A DNA stretch of 64,000 nucleotides from Octopus vulgaris (Eukaryota). Shown here piece by piece: positions 14,054 to 27,286 of the stretch. Location of the stretch: assembly GCA_951406725.2 (NCBI GenBank), contig OX597815.1:201066001-201130000 (forward strand). Direction: 5' to 3'. A model generated the notes under the pieces. The model did not search any database. It was not told the origin of the DNA and was given only the letters and a program-made list of their open reading frames with translations. The position numbers were made by a program, and so were the translations under genes. Positions within the stretch are counted from its first letter, which is position 1. Each line of letters opens with the position of its first letter.

Positions 14054-15180
14054 GAGAGAGAGAGAGAGAGAAAGATAGTTAGGTAGATAGATTTACGTTA
14101 TATGTTTTCAAAGTGACCACTGTATGATCTACCAGCGTTTAACAATATTTTACACTATAACCACTACGTTTTTATTGATAAATGATATCCAAACTACTGT
14201 CATTTTCATACCATTCACACATTTGGCAGTATTTCAAATTGAGAGGAAAATACTCTGAAATGTGTTTTTACTTTTCCTTTTTTTTTGTCATTTTTTTTTT
14301 TAGTATTCATGAAATTACCTTTTGATTTGATCTCATTATCATGTAAAGCATACCTTCCCTATAGAGAAAAAACAATGGTTTACATCCGTCACATATCATG
14401 TCATTAAAATATTAAGTGGTTTATGCGCCGATTTATTTGAAGATGAATAATAACAGTTGAGCTATGAACAAAGCAATACATATAAGTGTATAACGCGTCT
14501 CGTAAACCTTGCCATTGACAGCACTAAAAGCACTAGTTTCACGTATTGTATCTTGAGAAATCGATTGGCAAAATTCGCTCTTCTGCAGGCTCTAGGGATA
14601 CTTTATTCAGTATCTCAAAATATTGATTTCTTGCATTGACACATGAGTACAGGACAAAGGTAGAGTTGATATACGCCTCTTACAGTATAGTAAATATGTT
14701 ACTTGCCTGATGACACTACGAGAACAGAAAGTTGTCGATAGCTCTGGGATTTGGAATTAAACGTAAAGGGTCATAAATAAGTACTACAAAGCATTTTACC
14801 TTTTCTTTCTTGCTTCTAATCACTGTAATCAATAATTCGACGTATTGACATGAATTCTCAAAACATTTCACATATGTCAATATGAAGGCAAGAATTGCAA
14901 ATTTAGCTAAATATGTAGGTAAAATACAAATACAAAAAAAAAAACAAAAACAAATACATACTACTAAAACGATATTCTAGAATATTGGTGCCCGTTTTGA
15001 CCTCTAAGCAAACAAAAGATATGAAAAAGAAATTTGGAAAGAAAAACTAAATAAATGAAATAAAAAATCGACAAGCTACACAGAATACTGCCACATAAGA
15101 GAATTTCTGAAGTTAAACGACAAAAATATATTGAGGTCAATTTTAATTATCGAATTCTTAAACGCGACTAGATATCAATA

Positions 15181-15237
<57 letters not shown>

Positions 15238-15249
15238 CAATTAACTTAT

Positions 15250-15556
15250 TCTTTTATCTGTTTCAGCCTTTCTTCGGGCAAATCGACCCCAATATTTATT
15301 ATTTGTGAGCCTGTTACTTACCCTATCCGCCACTTTTGCCGAACCTCGAAGTTACGGGGATATAAACACACCAGTATCGGTTGTCAAGTGTTGGCGGGGG
15401 CACAAACACATACACATAAATACATAGATATACATTTATATACGACGGACTTCTTTCAGTTTCGAAGGTATAGTAGAAGATACTTCCCGTTGGTGTCACG
15501 CAGTGGGAGTGAACCGAGATCCACGTCGTTCGGAAGCAAGCTACTTACTACACAGG
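15250..15556 (-). mobile_element. SINE family 1, degenerate with deletions
   Basis: Reverse match to the 15638 copy (AAACACACCAGTATCGGTTGTCAAG; GCAAGCTACTTAC). Confidence 0.8.
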
Positions 15557-15637
15557 CAACATATGCATTATTATATAACGTAGTTATGCATCTGCGATAT
15601 GTTCATTTATGTCGCTATACAAAAAATGATATGCATA

Positions 15638-16044
15638 GGTGCAGGAGTGGCTGTGTGGTAAGTAGCTTGTTTACCAGCCACATGATCCCGGGTTCAGTCC
15701 CACTGCGTGGCACCTTGGGAAAGTGTCTTCTACTATAGCCTCGGGTCGACCAAAGCCTTGTGAGTGGATTTGGTAGACGGAAACTGAAAGAAGCCCGTCG
15801 TATATATGTATATATATATATATATATGTGTGTGCCTGTATGTTTTTATGTCTGTGTTTGACCCCCTAACATCGCTTGACAACCGATGCTGGTGTGTTTA
15901 TTCCCCGTCACATAGCGGTTCGGGATAACAGACCGATAGAATAAGTACCGAGCTTACAAAGAATAAGTCCCGGGGTCGATTTGCTCGATTAAAGGCGGTG
16001 CTCCAACATGGCCGCAGTCAAATGACTGAAACAGGTAAAAGGGT
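15638..16044 (+). mobile_element. SINE family 1, full length with 9-bp TSD
   Basis: Complete head, core and tail; ATATGCATA at 15629-15637 and 16045-16053. Confidence 0.93.
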
Positions 16045-16571
16045 ATATGCATATGTACACTTATATATACATATACATACATACATACACACACACACAT
16101 ATATATGTATGTATTTTCTTTTATTCTGCTATTCTTTGTTTTTTTTTTGCTGGTATCCCACTCTATGTAAGCAATTTATTGTAAAACACAGAAATGCAAT
16201 GTAAAGTAAATACAATTAACACCCAGTATTTCCTGACAGTCAACCCCACCCTCGCGTAACCACAGCCTACCGGATATTGTGTGTAAGTTGTCAATAATGA
16301 TTACAATCCTAGCATTGCTTCTAATTCACATCTGAATTTAATGTTACCTAAAAATCGTCATGGCTTACCAGCAAATGGTTTTTGTAATATATGTATAGAA
16401 TCATAGATAGACAAGTATGCACGCATCCCATTCGCTTCACGCACATGTTGTTGATCCTAAAAAATGACGAACTTTCTATATCCATACTACCTCAGTGGAA
16501 TTTTGGACGCGTTGTCTCGTCTGTGCATGACTTGCAAGTGTGTTAGGACGTCTCGCTTTGATATATATATG

Positions 16572-16792
16572 TATAAATAAATGGAAGAATGGAGTTGAAC
16601 GACGATTTTTGTTAAATCGTCGTTCAACTCCATTCTTCCATTTATTTATAGTAAAAAAAACACACAAATTTCCACACGAAAGCACGTAATCTCTGCCCTT
16701 GGCATGTAGCTTCAACCGTGTTTTCTGAAGTGAATTTGCTACCCAGGTATCGGTTAACCGAATTATCCATACTAGGATAATTCATTCATCTA

Positions 16793-16795
<3 letters not shown>
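16572..16795. repeat. Perfect 37-bp-arm hairpin (16572-16650) at the start of a TA-bounded insert related to the 4.5 kb palindrome
   Basis: TATAAATAAATGGAAGAATGGAGTTGAACGACGATTT-ttgtt-reverse complement; shares ATGGAGTT/AACTCCAT and TTGCT.CCC.GGTA..ATTCATTCAT with 4348-4788. Confidence 0.85.
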
Positions 16796-16849
<54 letters not shown>

Positions 16850-17120
16850 CATAAATTTTGCCTCTTTGCAAGATCAACGAAGGTGCATAAATTAATGAAA
16901 GAAAGTATTATTCGTGAGGTCGTGTCCATGTAGAGCAGTAATGGAACGGGTTTCTCTAGCGTACCGTACATCATCCGATAATCGTTCACGCCGGAAAACA
17001 CGTCTACCATATGAGGTAATGCAAGAATAAATGAAAAAAATTTTCGGAAAAGTATAATGAGTGGACGTTAAGAAAAATTGATTAATGTTTTTTAACTTCA
17101 AACCAGTAAATGAAGGATAC

Positions 17121-17346
17121 CTATTTCTTTACTAACCTCAAGGGGCTAAGCACAGAGAGGACAAACATAGGGATTAAGTCGATTATATCGATCCCAGTGC
17201 ATAACTGGTACTTAATTTATCGACCCCGAAAGGATGAAAGGCAAAGTCGACTTCGGCGGAATTTGAACTCAGAACGTAACGACAGACGAAGTACCGCTAA
17301 GCATTTCGCCCGGCGTGCTAGCATTTCTGCCAGCTCGCCGCCTTTT
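17121..17346 (-). mobile_element. SINE family 2, full length with 11-bp TSD
   Basis: Head GGCGGCGAGCTGGCAGAA; ATGAAGGATAC at 17110-17120 and 17347-17357. Confidence 0.93.
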
Positions 17347-17810
17347 ATGAAGGATACTATTACTGTTGAGCGCTTATATGTGGGTTTAGATGGATGCAGA
17401 AAAGCTAACGTGTTTAAACGTGTGTTGAATGCTGTAGGGAAAGGAGCAACAGTTAGTTTCATTTTTATACACACACGCAAACACATATTCGTGTGCAAGC
17501 GGACGCATACCGACTGCGCGCACACACACACACGCACACACATACATACAATTACGCATATTTAGCTTCATATATAAGTGCGTGAATAGCTGTATGCAAA
17601 ACTGATTTGAATATTATATTTGTAGCTGGTTTTAAACGTTTAAATATTTGTGTTTCTGTTCGATGGTTTATGGTATAAAGAGAAGACAGACACATTCACA
17701 AATACAAGGACGCTCACACATCACTTGTATGATGCTGGCAATGAATAAGATGGCGATAATGATGATAATACTGATGATGATGATGATGATGATGATGGTG
17801 ATGGTGATGG

Positions 17811-17843
<33 letters not shown>

Positions 17844-17966
17844 CGAAGCGTTCCAGTGCACATGCACTTGGTTCGTAGATGAAATGTGTCAGCTGAAATA
17901 AATGTATTTCTTCGTATATCTAAGTTGCTTTGCGTGCCAGTCCTCGTCTGCGAATGAGTTGACATC

Positions 17967-18032
17967 ATGAAGTTAGCAGTGTTTTCTGTGTTAGTTATAT
18001 TGCTACGTTTATCTTCAATAAACAAGTCTCAG
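17967..18032 (+). CDS. Candidate first coding exon encoding a signal peptide (unverified)
   Basis: ATG..MKLAVFSVLVILLRLSSINKSQ followed directly by CAG|GTCAGT donor; no downstream exon identified. Confidence 0.3.
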
Positions 18033-18354
18033 GTCAGTGTTTCTTGCATGCACCTTCGACATATTCTTCATAAGTGTTTGGATATTTTGACAGCGTTTGG
18101 GGGAAAAGAAACGTGCTTAGTCACAGTTCTGGATTCGTGTATACAGGGAACATCGCACACACACGTACATACAGACAAGGATATATGATTTTGTATATGC
18201 ACTTATATATGTATGTGTGTGTGTATGTACGTATAATACAGACAAATATATATTTAGAGATAGATGGATATAGTCACTTGACCCTGTTTTCTCCCCTACT
18301 ATCCCTCTAGCGTCTAACGTCTGACCTCTGACCTCTGACTTCTGCCTGAAGTCA

Positions 18355-18567
18355 GAACGCCATGATGGACCGTTAGCTCCTACACGCATTTTTTCTCTCT
18401 CCTTGTTTCTCTCCTTGTTTCTTTTCTGTGTACCTTTCTGTCGACGAGCGTAGGCTCGAAACGTAAAAGACTTCTTCTATTTCTATTCCTGAGCGCCATA
18501 CTCATACATTTGTTTGTTTGTACTCCACCTGCCTTCGTCTTTTGTTTATTTTCGTAAACCTTCCCAT

Positions 18568-18568
<1 letters not shown>
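18355..18568 (+). mobile_element. Short HHR-bearing element, family A (copy 2)
   Basis: Homologous to 6421-6633; 3' end runs into (TA)n. Confidence 0.85.
18434..18469 (+). ncRNA. Minimal hammerhead motif with CUGUCGA core
   Basis: cuuu-CUGUCGA-c-gagc guag gcuc-GAAA-cg-UA-aaag. Confidence 0.72.
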
Positions 18569-18600
<32 letters not shown>

Positions 18601-18970
18601 ATGAGTTTAAGGTTAAGCATCCATCTAAGGGACAATATATATCCAATATACATACTATTGGATGCATACCTACGCATTTATATCCAAGTGCTTCCTGCTG
18701 CAGGGCAGTAGCCCAATCGAATAATAGGAATGAGTAGGCTAAAGCAGAAAAATACTCAGAATCTATTGGGCAAATAAGAAAATACAGAGGATAGTCAGTC
18801 GACAAAGATTACCGTGTAAACATTCATTTAGATCTATTTATTAATTAATTACAATCATATGTATAAGTAATTAAAATAAATAATCACATAAACAAGTGGA
18901 TAAATAAATAAACAAAGAAATAAATAAATAAGAATAAATAAATAAGAATAAATTATTGAAAAATACTAAA

Positions 18971-19112
18971 CTCTTACAGCTGTTTCTATTTTGGTGTGTC
19001 GAACTAGCCAAGATTCCCACGTCATACCAGTAATATACAGGGGTTGTATAAAGTTTGAAAAACATTGCACAGGAGTTGGACAATAGTTGAGCCGCAAAGC
19101 TTCATCAGAGAG
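18971..19112 (-). ncRNA. Type-I hammerhead motif with ~115 nt helix-II region
   Basis: cucu-CUGAUGA-(115 nt)-GAAA-cagcug-UA-agag; helix I cucu/agag; palindromic ACAGCUGU. The opposite arm (19625-19760,+) has decayed to CCGAUGA..GAAAcagcuaUA. Confidence 0.65.
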
Positions 19113-19795
19113 ACCATAATATTAGGAATCTAACACGTGAGGAATTAAGATACCCCCGCATAGGGATATTAGTATGAGGTTTTTGTGATAATAAGTAATA
19201 GCATCGCACTCATGTTTTACCCAAATTATTCCTTCATTGATTTAGTTATGCATTGATTTCCTCAAAGATACGCACCTTCTGACAAGTTGTGGTGCACCGG
19301 AACACTGTATACAATAATTTCATTATTATCATTATAAGTTCACATTAAGTTGACTTCGTTATTTTTTATGATACTCTGTTACGTAGCCGTCAGCCTCTAA
19401 CTATTGATCCCTGTGATATGGACCATCCCATTATGCTCCCTCCACAACATCTTGCCATTGCTATATTCGAATAGGGTGAGACTCTCATATCCATAAGATG
19501 TAATCCCATAACTTATGGACATTACCTTGGAATTGACTGTTTTACCATCCCTTAATATTTTTATTATTTTCTTTTAGAATTTCATATCTTACTTCATCAC
19601 AAGTTAGTTTCCTAATATTATGGTCTCTCCGATGAAAGCTTTGGGCTTCAATTATTGTGCAATCCTTGTCCAATGTTTGTTCAACATCTAAACGATCCCT
19701 GTATATTACTGGTATGATGTGGAAACATTGGAACCCCGAAAGTAGAAACAGCTATAAGAATTTAGTAGTTTTCACTCATTTATTCCAATTCATTT

Positions 19796-20226
19796 ACTCT
19801 TTTACTCTTTTATTTGTTTCAGTCATTTTAACTGCGGCCATGCTGGAGCACCACCTTTAGTCGAGTAAATCGACCCCGGGACTTATTCTTTGAAAGCCCA
19901 GTACTTATTATATCGGTCTCTTTTGCCGAACCTCTAAGTGACGGGGACGTAAACACACCAACATCGGTTGTCAAGCAATGCTAGGGGGACAAACACAGAC
20001 ACAGAAACTCACACATATATATATATACATATATACGACAGGCTTCTTTCAGTTTCCCTCTACCAAATCCACTCACAAGGCATTGGTCGGCCCGGGGCTA
20101 TAGCAGGAGACACTTGCCCAAGATGCCACGCAGTGGGACTGAACCCGGAACCATGTGGTTAGTTAGCAAGCTACTTACCATACAGCCACTCCTGAGCCTA
20201 GCTACTTACCACACAGCCACTCCTGC
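19796..20226 (-). mobile_element. SINE family 1, full length, with a short duplication of its 5' head
   Basis: Reverse match to the 15638 copy; GCTACTTACCA.ACAGCCACTCCTG occurs twice (20170-20226). Confidence 0.92.
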
Positions 20227-20419
20227 CACTTCGTTTATTTATTTATCTACTTTTTGATTTTATTCATTTATTTTGATTACTTGTGCATATGATTGTAATT
20301 AACTAATAGATCCAAATGAATGTTTACAAGCAGATGTTTGTCGATTGATTATATCTCCATTTTCTTCTTTGCCTTATATATTTATATATATATATACCCA
20401 TTTATATCAGGCAATTTAT

Positions 20420-20655
20420 TTCTTCCTTACGGAATATCCGCATTGTTCGGATCAGACCATGTATTTCAAATCCACTTTTACCGAAGATTTTTAAATCTCC
20501 CATAAACAAGCGATTTAACGTTCTCCACTTTTCAAGGGGTACACCGATGTTACTCTCCGTAATATCTGCATGAGGGTTATCATACAAGTTATAGACAGCA
20601 ATCAACGGACTCTCTCTTTGAAATATGCCCCTCCTGTTGTTAACCTTCGCCAAAA
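20420..20655 (-). mobile_element. R4/Dong-type LINE RT fragment (decayed)
   Basis: RRGIFQ(RES)..PL.. and LNRLFMGDLKIFGKS resemble RRGIFQGDSLSPL / HLLFMDDLK. Confidence 0.75.
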
Positions 20656-20680
20656 GTGTAATATTATTATTTATATATTA

Positions 20681-21079
20681 CTAGCAGTATCGCCCGGCGT
20701 TGTTCGGGTTTGTAAGGGAAATAACTATATAAGCATTTTTAGAGATGTAAAGTTTAATAGCCATCTCAATATGGCTAACCACAAAGGGGGGGGGTTACTG
20801 TAGCTTTTTACGTTCTGAGATTTAATAATACATTTTTAGAGAGTTACTTCCCTTATATAAACCGAGCGAAAATGCATTAAAAATGTGAAAAATTGATGGT
20901 AAATTTTTTTTAAATCGTAGACTCATCGTAGACGCGCGCTAATACCCAGACGGGATCGATATGAATCACGACTATAAGATACCCGGTTTTGGTTAAACTG
21001 CACCGCAAAATGTGGGAGTAGTTAGGAATCTAAATCGTAGGAGACAGACAGCACACAACCTCTCTTTTATATATAAAGA
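20681..21079 (-). mobile_element. Complete non-autonomous Helitron
   Basis: On the minus strand: 5' TC(TTTATATATAAAA), 3' GC-rich hairpin CCCG..CGGG then CTAG; inserted between A and T, no TSD. Confidence 0.9.
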
Positions 21080-22280
21080 TTATATTTATACGATTAGGTC
21101 GAAATGTGTTATACTGTCAGGTGGTTAGATGTAGGGAAAAAGAAGAGCGAGACAGAAAGAGAGACAATAAGGTGTGTGATAGAGAGAGTGAGAGAGAGAG
21201 AGAAACAGATGGTGGGAGAAATGTCCTTGTGAGGTAGGGGGAACGTAATAATTATTACGTGGTTAATATTTTAGTTGAAGGGAGTAATATAGAATGAGTT
21301 AGAATTACGATGTTTAACAGAAGGGTGGTGTTCTGTTTGTGAAGTTAAAAAGTAACGAGAGAAGGAGGGAGAGAAAGAAAGAGAGACGGAATGAGGGAGA
21401 AAGAAAGAAGTGTTGAAAGATAAGGTAGAATGAGAAGAAAGATTAGTGGCGTTTTTACAAACCGATGCATTAGGTTTTCCTGTAGGTTGTGGAAGTAAGA
21501 AGAGAAGAGAAAGAGAGAAATGATGAGGACCTGAAGAGTGAATTGACATAGTTAAAAAAAATGTTGAACTTGGAGTTAGAAAGAGAGAGAGAGAGAGAGA
21601 AGTAGAGAGAGAGTAGTATAAAGCGTTTAGAGGGAGAAAATAGTAAACATCATAATTATGACTAATGGAAGAATAATTTTTCAATATTTAATCTTTTATA
21701 TCTCCGATTTGGTGATCTATTCAGGTACTCTAAACAATAACGACAACGTCCGCCTCTCCAGCGCAGTTACTACAAGGACGAAAGAACAAAAAACAAAAAC
21801 ACGCCAAAAAAGATCATAGACAGAAAAACAACCGTGACTACAGGAAATAGCAAAAATTGATAGAACTTTGAATATAATAATAGAACAATAACGCCAAAAG
21901 GATCATTACAATTTAGAACGGTACTACCGACACCATTGATAGTAACAGTATAGGCAAATAATATTAATACTAATAATAGTATGTCCTAGATGTGGAATGA
22001 AACTTCATCCAGCTGTGGCGTATCGATAAGAGATGAATAATGTTACCCTTTAACGTAACCGCCTTCAGGTCACCGCTGGGCAAGGTGCAGTACCTGTAAT
22101 CCCATCCCGAGACCAGGAAATACCCATTTGGCGTCCGGCGGGTTTAAATCTATCTCATGGGATGAGGATATCCTTTTAGCTTTGGTCAGTAACGCCTCTA
22201 GATTATTATCAACATCATCATCATCATCGCTGTCACCTTTGTCTTCGTCATCATCAACATCATCCTCAATATCATAGTCA

Positions 22281-22500
22281 AGGCGGCAAGCTGACAGAAT
22301 ATTTAACATGCCGGACAAAATGCTTAATGGCATTTCGTTGGTTTTTTACGTTCTGAGTTCAAATTCTGCAGAGGTCGACTTTGCCTTTCATCTTTTCTGG
22401 GTCGATAAATTACGTACCTGAGAAACACTGGGGGTGGGGGTCGATGGAATTGAGAAGTCCTCTTCCCCTAAATACTTCAGGCCTTGTGCCTTTAGCTGAA
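22281..22500 (+). mobile_element. SINE family 2 (a second, more decayed copy at ~22683-22895)
   Basis: GGCGGCAAGCTGACAGAA head and GTCGACTTTGCCTTTCATC..GGGTCGATAAA core. Confidence 0.85.
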
Positions 22501-24913
22501 GGAATTATCATCATCACCATCATCATCATCGTCGTCGTCGTCGTCGTCGTCGTCGTCATCGAGGTCGTCGTCGTCATCGTCGTCGTCGTCGTCGTCATCA
22601 TCATCATCCTCTTTACCATAATCTTCGTTGCCGTCATGGTTGTCGTCGTCGCCGTCGTCATCATCAACATCATCCTCACCATCAGCGAGCAAACAGAATT
22701 GTTAGCACACCGGACAAAACAAAACGCCGATTGACATTTCTTCCGCATTTAATTACTATGCTCAATTTCCGCTGCAGTTGACTTAGCCGTTTATACTTTC
22801 GAGGTCGATAAAATAACAAATACCAGTTTAGTACTGGTGGTGATGTTGTTAAACACTGACAACCCTCACAATTGTTGGCCATGTTATAAAACTTAGAAAA
22901 AATTATTATTTTTATTATTATAGTTGACATATTATCAGTTGCTCTGTTGTGGCCAATCAGAAACTAGACATGAATAGAATGTCACTTAATATGTTATGAA
23001 TGTGTGTTCGAATAATTTCATTCATAGGAGCTGTGACAATTGTACAATATATCAATCCGCATTCATAGTTTGATATTTGTCATTTCTATATTTTTCTTTC
23101 TAGAAAGTCTGTATAAATATACTGAAAGATAAATTGATTATGTTTAAAAAGCTTAACTTTAAGTTTTCTTCAGACAGATAGTTCAAATATTCCTCTTCCT
23201 AAAGTAGGTTATAGAATGAAAAATTTGTTGGCTATTTAACAAATATTCACCGAAGAGATTTATTGTTTTGGTGATAGCATTTCATTGAAATATTAGGTTT
23301 CATTGTCACAAGTGTCATGCCATGCCATGTCACATCATATTCATAAGCCTAAAATTGCTTTTCAGTTTCACTATGAATACTGCTTGTATTCATTAGTATC
23401 AGACATTTAGGAACCTGGTTCAATGAAATATACTCTGCAGAATTTATCTCAACAGTGTGTCATATCACATTGTGTATATTTATTGATGACTATGTTTCCA
23501 TAACATCTCGAATGGAATGTTGTGCCCTTTTGTTAATACAATTACATGTTAGATAGGATATAGAAATAAGTATCTTATTCTAAGCATTCACCTTTCACCA
23601 TTAACCATAAGGCCAATTGTGTTGGCATTAACACTATATCTAAAATATTGTGCTTAGACAAATCATAGAAAGTCGTCTATAATAGTCTATAGGAATATGT
23701 GGGAAATATAGTACTAACAGAGTAGCATAACAGACAGGTAAGTATAGAATGAAGCTTATAACCCCACTGTTAACCAATCTTGATAGATGTTACAAAAGCA
23801 AACGCAGAATATTCATCAATAGTGTAAATGAAATTAAGAAAACTGTGTAACATAAGATATTTGAAGACATCTTTACCACCTGCGGTCTTCACGAGCGACA
23901 GGATGCGGCAAATAACCACAGTTTTTATATCGCATCATATGTATTTACGTTATCTATGGATGAAAGCATATTAGAAGATGCACCAGAAGCAAAAGACACT
24001 AAGTTTTATGCTACTATGTTTGAAATAAATAGCTAATTTTTATAAATGATATCATTATTCTCCATCACAGTAATTCATATTTGTTCAAAGCCTGTAATTA
24101 CCCTGCTCTTATGAATTTCATGAATTAAATGAATTAGGAAATGGCTCTCGTCAGGAATATTAAATTCTACTCCACTAAAATAATTTTCCAATTTTCATAG
24201 ATTTCAAATAATATTACCTATTCATTCGAGTAAATTAAGTATATTCAGAATGTTCCTCTAAGTCATTAATATAATTTTCAATTGACTTATGACTAATTTT
24301 ATTATATTTACAATGTTACATTTTCCAGTGAGTTAGAGATACGTAGGTGTATATGTAATGGTCGAGCTACCCAACAAAAGATTCAGGTTGAGTAATAATG
24401 TAGGGTTCTTCTATATATGCATATCAATAGAAGTTCAAGGTGTTAAAATACACCCGAGGGACCATGCACATATCAACATATGTATATATATATTCCTTAT
24501 GCATTCCAAAACCGAATTACTGATTTTGACGTATGGAGTATCAAAAGATTCAGTACTATTTCGGCTACAGACTAAACTTAATATCCATTCACAGAAAATG
24601 TGTCAATAGCCGACTGGAGGAGGTGTTCTCCTGGGGCTACAAGCTAGAGTAGCATCCACCCTTAAAGGTTAGCCTCATTTAAGTGGAAAATATATTTCAC
24701 GATGTCGTGCCGCTATTGTGTATACCTCGCTCAGAGATTTATTATTAATTATTGTGGCATTTGCCGTTAAATTAGCAGTTCACACATGGTGCTTCTATTT
24801 GGTGAATATATAATGAATACAAAAATAAAAATATACTACATACAACAACTGCTTACATTAATAGGGATTAATGTATAATTTCTTTCCATGTTCATAATTT
24901 TTTGTTTACAATA

Positions 24914-25560
24914 TGCCATTAAAGAAAATTCGTAATCTCTCCAGAAACAAGTATAAATTAAGGAGGATTGTAGAAAATCGAAGGGGAGGGTCTGAAGAGA
25001 GAAGCAATATTTTCTCAACTTCAGCAAAAGCATGCTGCAGCATGTCAGTATGAGTCTCAAGAGAGAAGGGAGATGAGTCTTTCCCAAAATCAGCAAATAA
25101 ATGCTGCAGCACTTGATGCTTGATCATAAAAGGAAAAGAATAGCTCTCAGAAACAAACTTGGTACAAATTCGCTTTTTCACATCTGAAATCGTTTTCAGA
25201 TATGATCCACCTCATTTTTATAAAAATTATAACTCTGTCGAAACTGGTGTGCTAAACAGAAATTGTCGTTTCTGTAGAGATTTAAAATTTGAAATGAAAC
25301 AAATGGTATGTGCAGCTCAGGCGGTCAGGTAACATTACCAGCACTACCAGCTCCTTCTCAACCTCTTATGGATTTTCTAGAAGGCACTTCCATCTAGTCA
25401 CAGGATTTTCTGAACACTATCAGACAATACAACTCTGCATTTCAAATGACATCGTCCACTGCATCCACGAAGATAGTTAAACATGAATTTATGCCGATGT
25501 CAAAGTTGAAGGGCAAGTCTATCACGTAATTGGTTCCTTGTTACCCACAAAAGAAACCCG
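24914..25560 (+). mobile_element. Decayed Helitron Rep/Hel N-terminal fragment
   Basis: MPLKKIRNLSR.., FRYDP, CRFC..LKF, GQVTLPALPAP, FLNTIRQYNSAFQMTS, EGQVYHVIGSLLP, with stops and frameshifts. Confidence 0.88.
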
Positions 25561-26259
25561 AAGGAGGTGTCAATATTTCAGATGATGAGCCGTGGTAGAC
25601 ACAGCGCCGACTGTAGCAAAAGAGAATATATCCACTGACAGATTTTCGGAGTGTTCAAAAATCACATAACTCCACCCCCAATTTTCCATGACAGGTTAGG
25701 GCCCGAAATACTCCAAACGGAAACATAGCGTGTTGCTTAGTCGAATTATTCCACAATTTACTCCACAAATGTTTTGTTGTCAATGCTGCACTTTCCCATA
25801 CCACCGTTTCAACATAACCGTAATATATTATGTACAAACTATGCGATTTTAATCCCAAGCAACGCCTGGTATCTCTGATAGGAATGAATTTAGCATATCT
25901 TTGATGACAACAATATATGTACATGTTTGTGGTTACCAAATCAGTAGCATTCCAACGTGTACTTCTCTAGATGAGAACTGAAGAAAAACAAATATTGTAT
26001 GTTCTCTGTCTAGCATCTACTCCGTAGAGGAATACACGCAATTATGACATGCTAAATGATATTAGGTATCCTGCAATTCTATTTTCAGTAACAACAATTG
26101 TTGCACAAATTAACACTAAGCAAAACATATAGCTAAAATAAATTGAAGAATACCTTAGGTGTTATTCATGTTAACATAAGTATTAACAGTAGAGTAATAT
26201 ATTTGTAAGCGAACTATTATGTACGTCATATACATTATACACGCCATCACCTCAGGCAT

Positions 26260-26548
26260 TATGATCGTAGGGTCACGATTTCGATACCTGGTGGCACGTT
26301 GTGTTCTTGAGCAAGACATTTTATTTGGCGGTGCTCCAAGTCATTCAGTTGGCAAAAATTGAGTACTACCTGTATTTCTAGAGGCCAGCCTTGACACACT
26401 TTATTTCATGCTCAATCTCCTTGAAAAGTATGTGAAGGGGTACGAGTATCTGTGGAGTGCTCAGACACTAGTACGTTAATCTAACCAGCAAGCTGTGCCC
26501 TTGATCGGATCAATACGATTCCTGGTCGACCTAAGCGGCGAAGTACCA
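26260..26548 (+). mobile_element. Degenerate copy of SINE family 3
   Basis: TCTGTGGAGTGCTCAG.CACT..ACGTTAAT and GATCGGATCAA shared with 50116-50498. Confidence 0.75.
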
Positions 26549-26562
26549 GATATGATATAAGC

Positions 26563-26628
<66 letters not shown>

Positions 26629-27162
26629 AGAGAATATGAGATATAGTTATAGATAGAGACAAATAAAGCTGCACACATACATATATAGATACACACACAC
26701 ACTTACACATAATTACATATGTGTGTTTATGTATGTATGTGTCGATGGATGCATGCATACACGGTCTGCGAATTTGTCTTAACGTTAAGTTATTCAAAAG
26801 CAGAAATATATGCTCCTCCAACATATAGTTTCTTAGATTTACATTTAAAATATTTCAAAAGAATTTAATTAAGTGGACGAAGTGAATGTAGGTCACCGCA
26901 TAATATCACGGATACGACTAAATATGCACCTCAGTGCAGCCTCGTGAGCTCTTCTATTCATATTAAGTTATGAAATGCTGATGGCGTACCAATAACGTAG
27001 GCGGTGCTCGAGAAATTTTTTCACACTCTAGCAAAATCTTTGCAACGTACACAAGATTAAAATATGTGTGTGTGTCTTGTGTACATCAGTATGGAAAGCT
27101 CAATGGATCGATGTATACATGGTAGATATCTATCTATCAATATGTAAATATATTTCAATGTA

Positions 27163-27286
<124 letters not shown>

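Larger units (their letters stand above)
18816..20328. mobile_element. Large diverged inverted repeat (arms ~18816-19152 and ~19584-20328, right arm split by a SINE), HHR in each arm (family C-like)
   Basis: TAAACATTCATTTAGATCTATT mirrors AATAGATCCAAATGAATGTTTA; GAGAGACCATAATATTAGGAA mirrors TTCCTAATATTATGGTCTCTC; CATACCAGTAATATACAGGG mirrors CCCTGTATATTACTGGTATG. Confidence 0.85.

Noticed and set aside
14707-14736. CTGATGA..GAAA..TC
   Set aside because: Neither helix I nor helix II pairs.
23693-24035. CAG|GTAAGT donor and a ~95-codon frame with one stop
   Set aside because: The upstream mini-exon has stops in all three frames; the downstream frame has no recognisable similarity.
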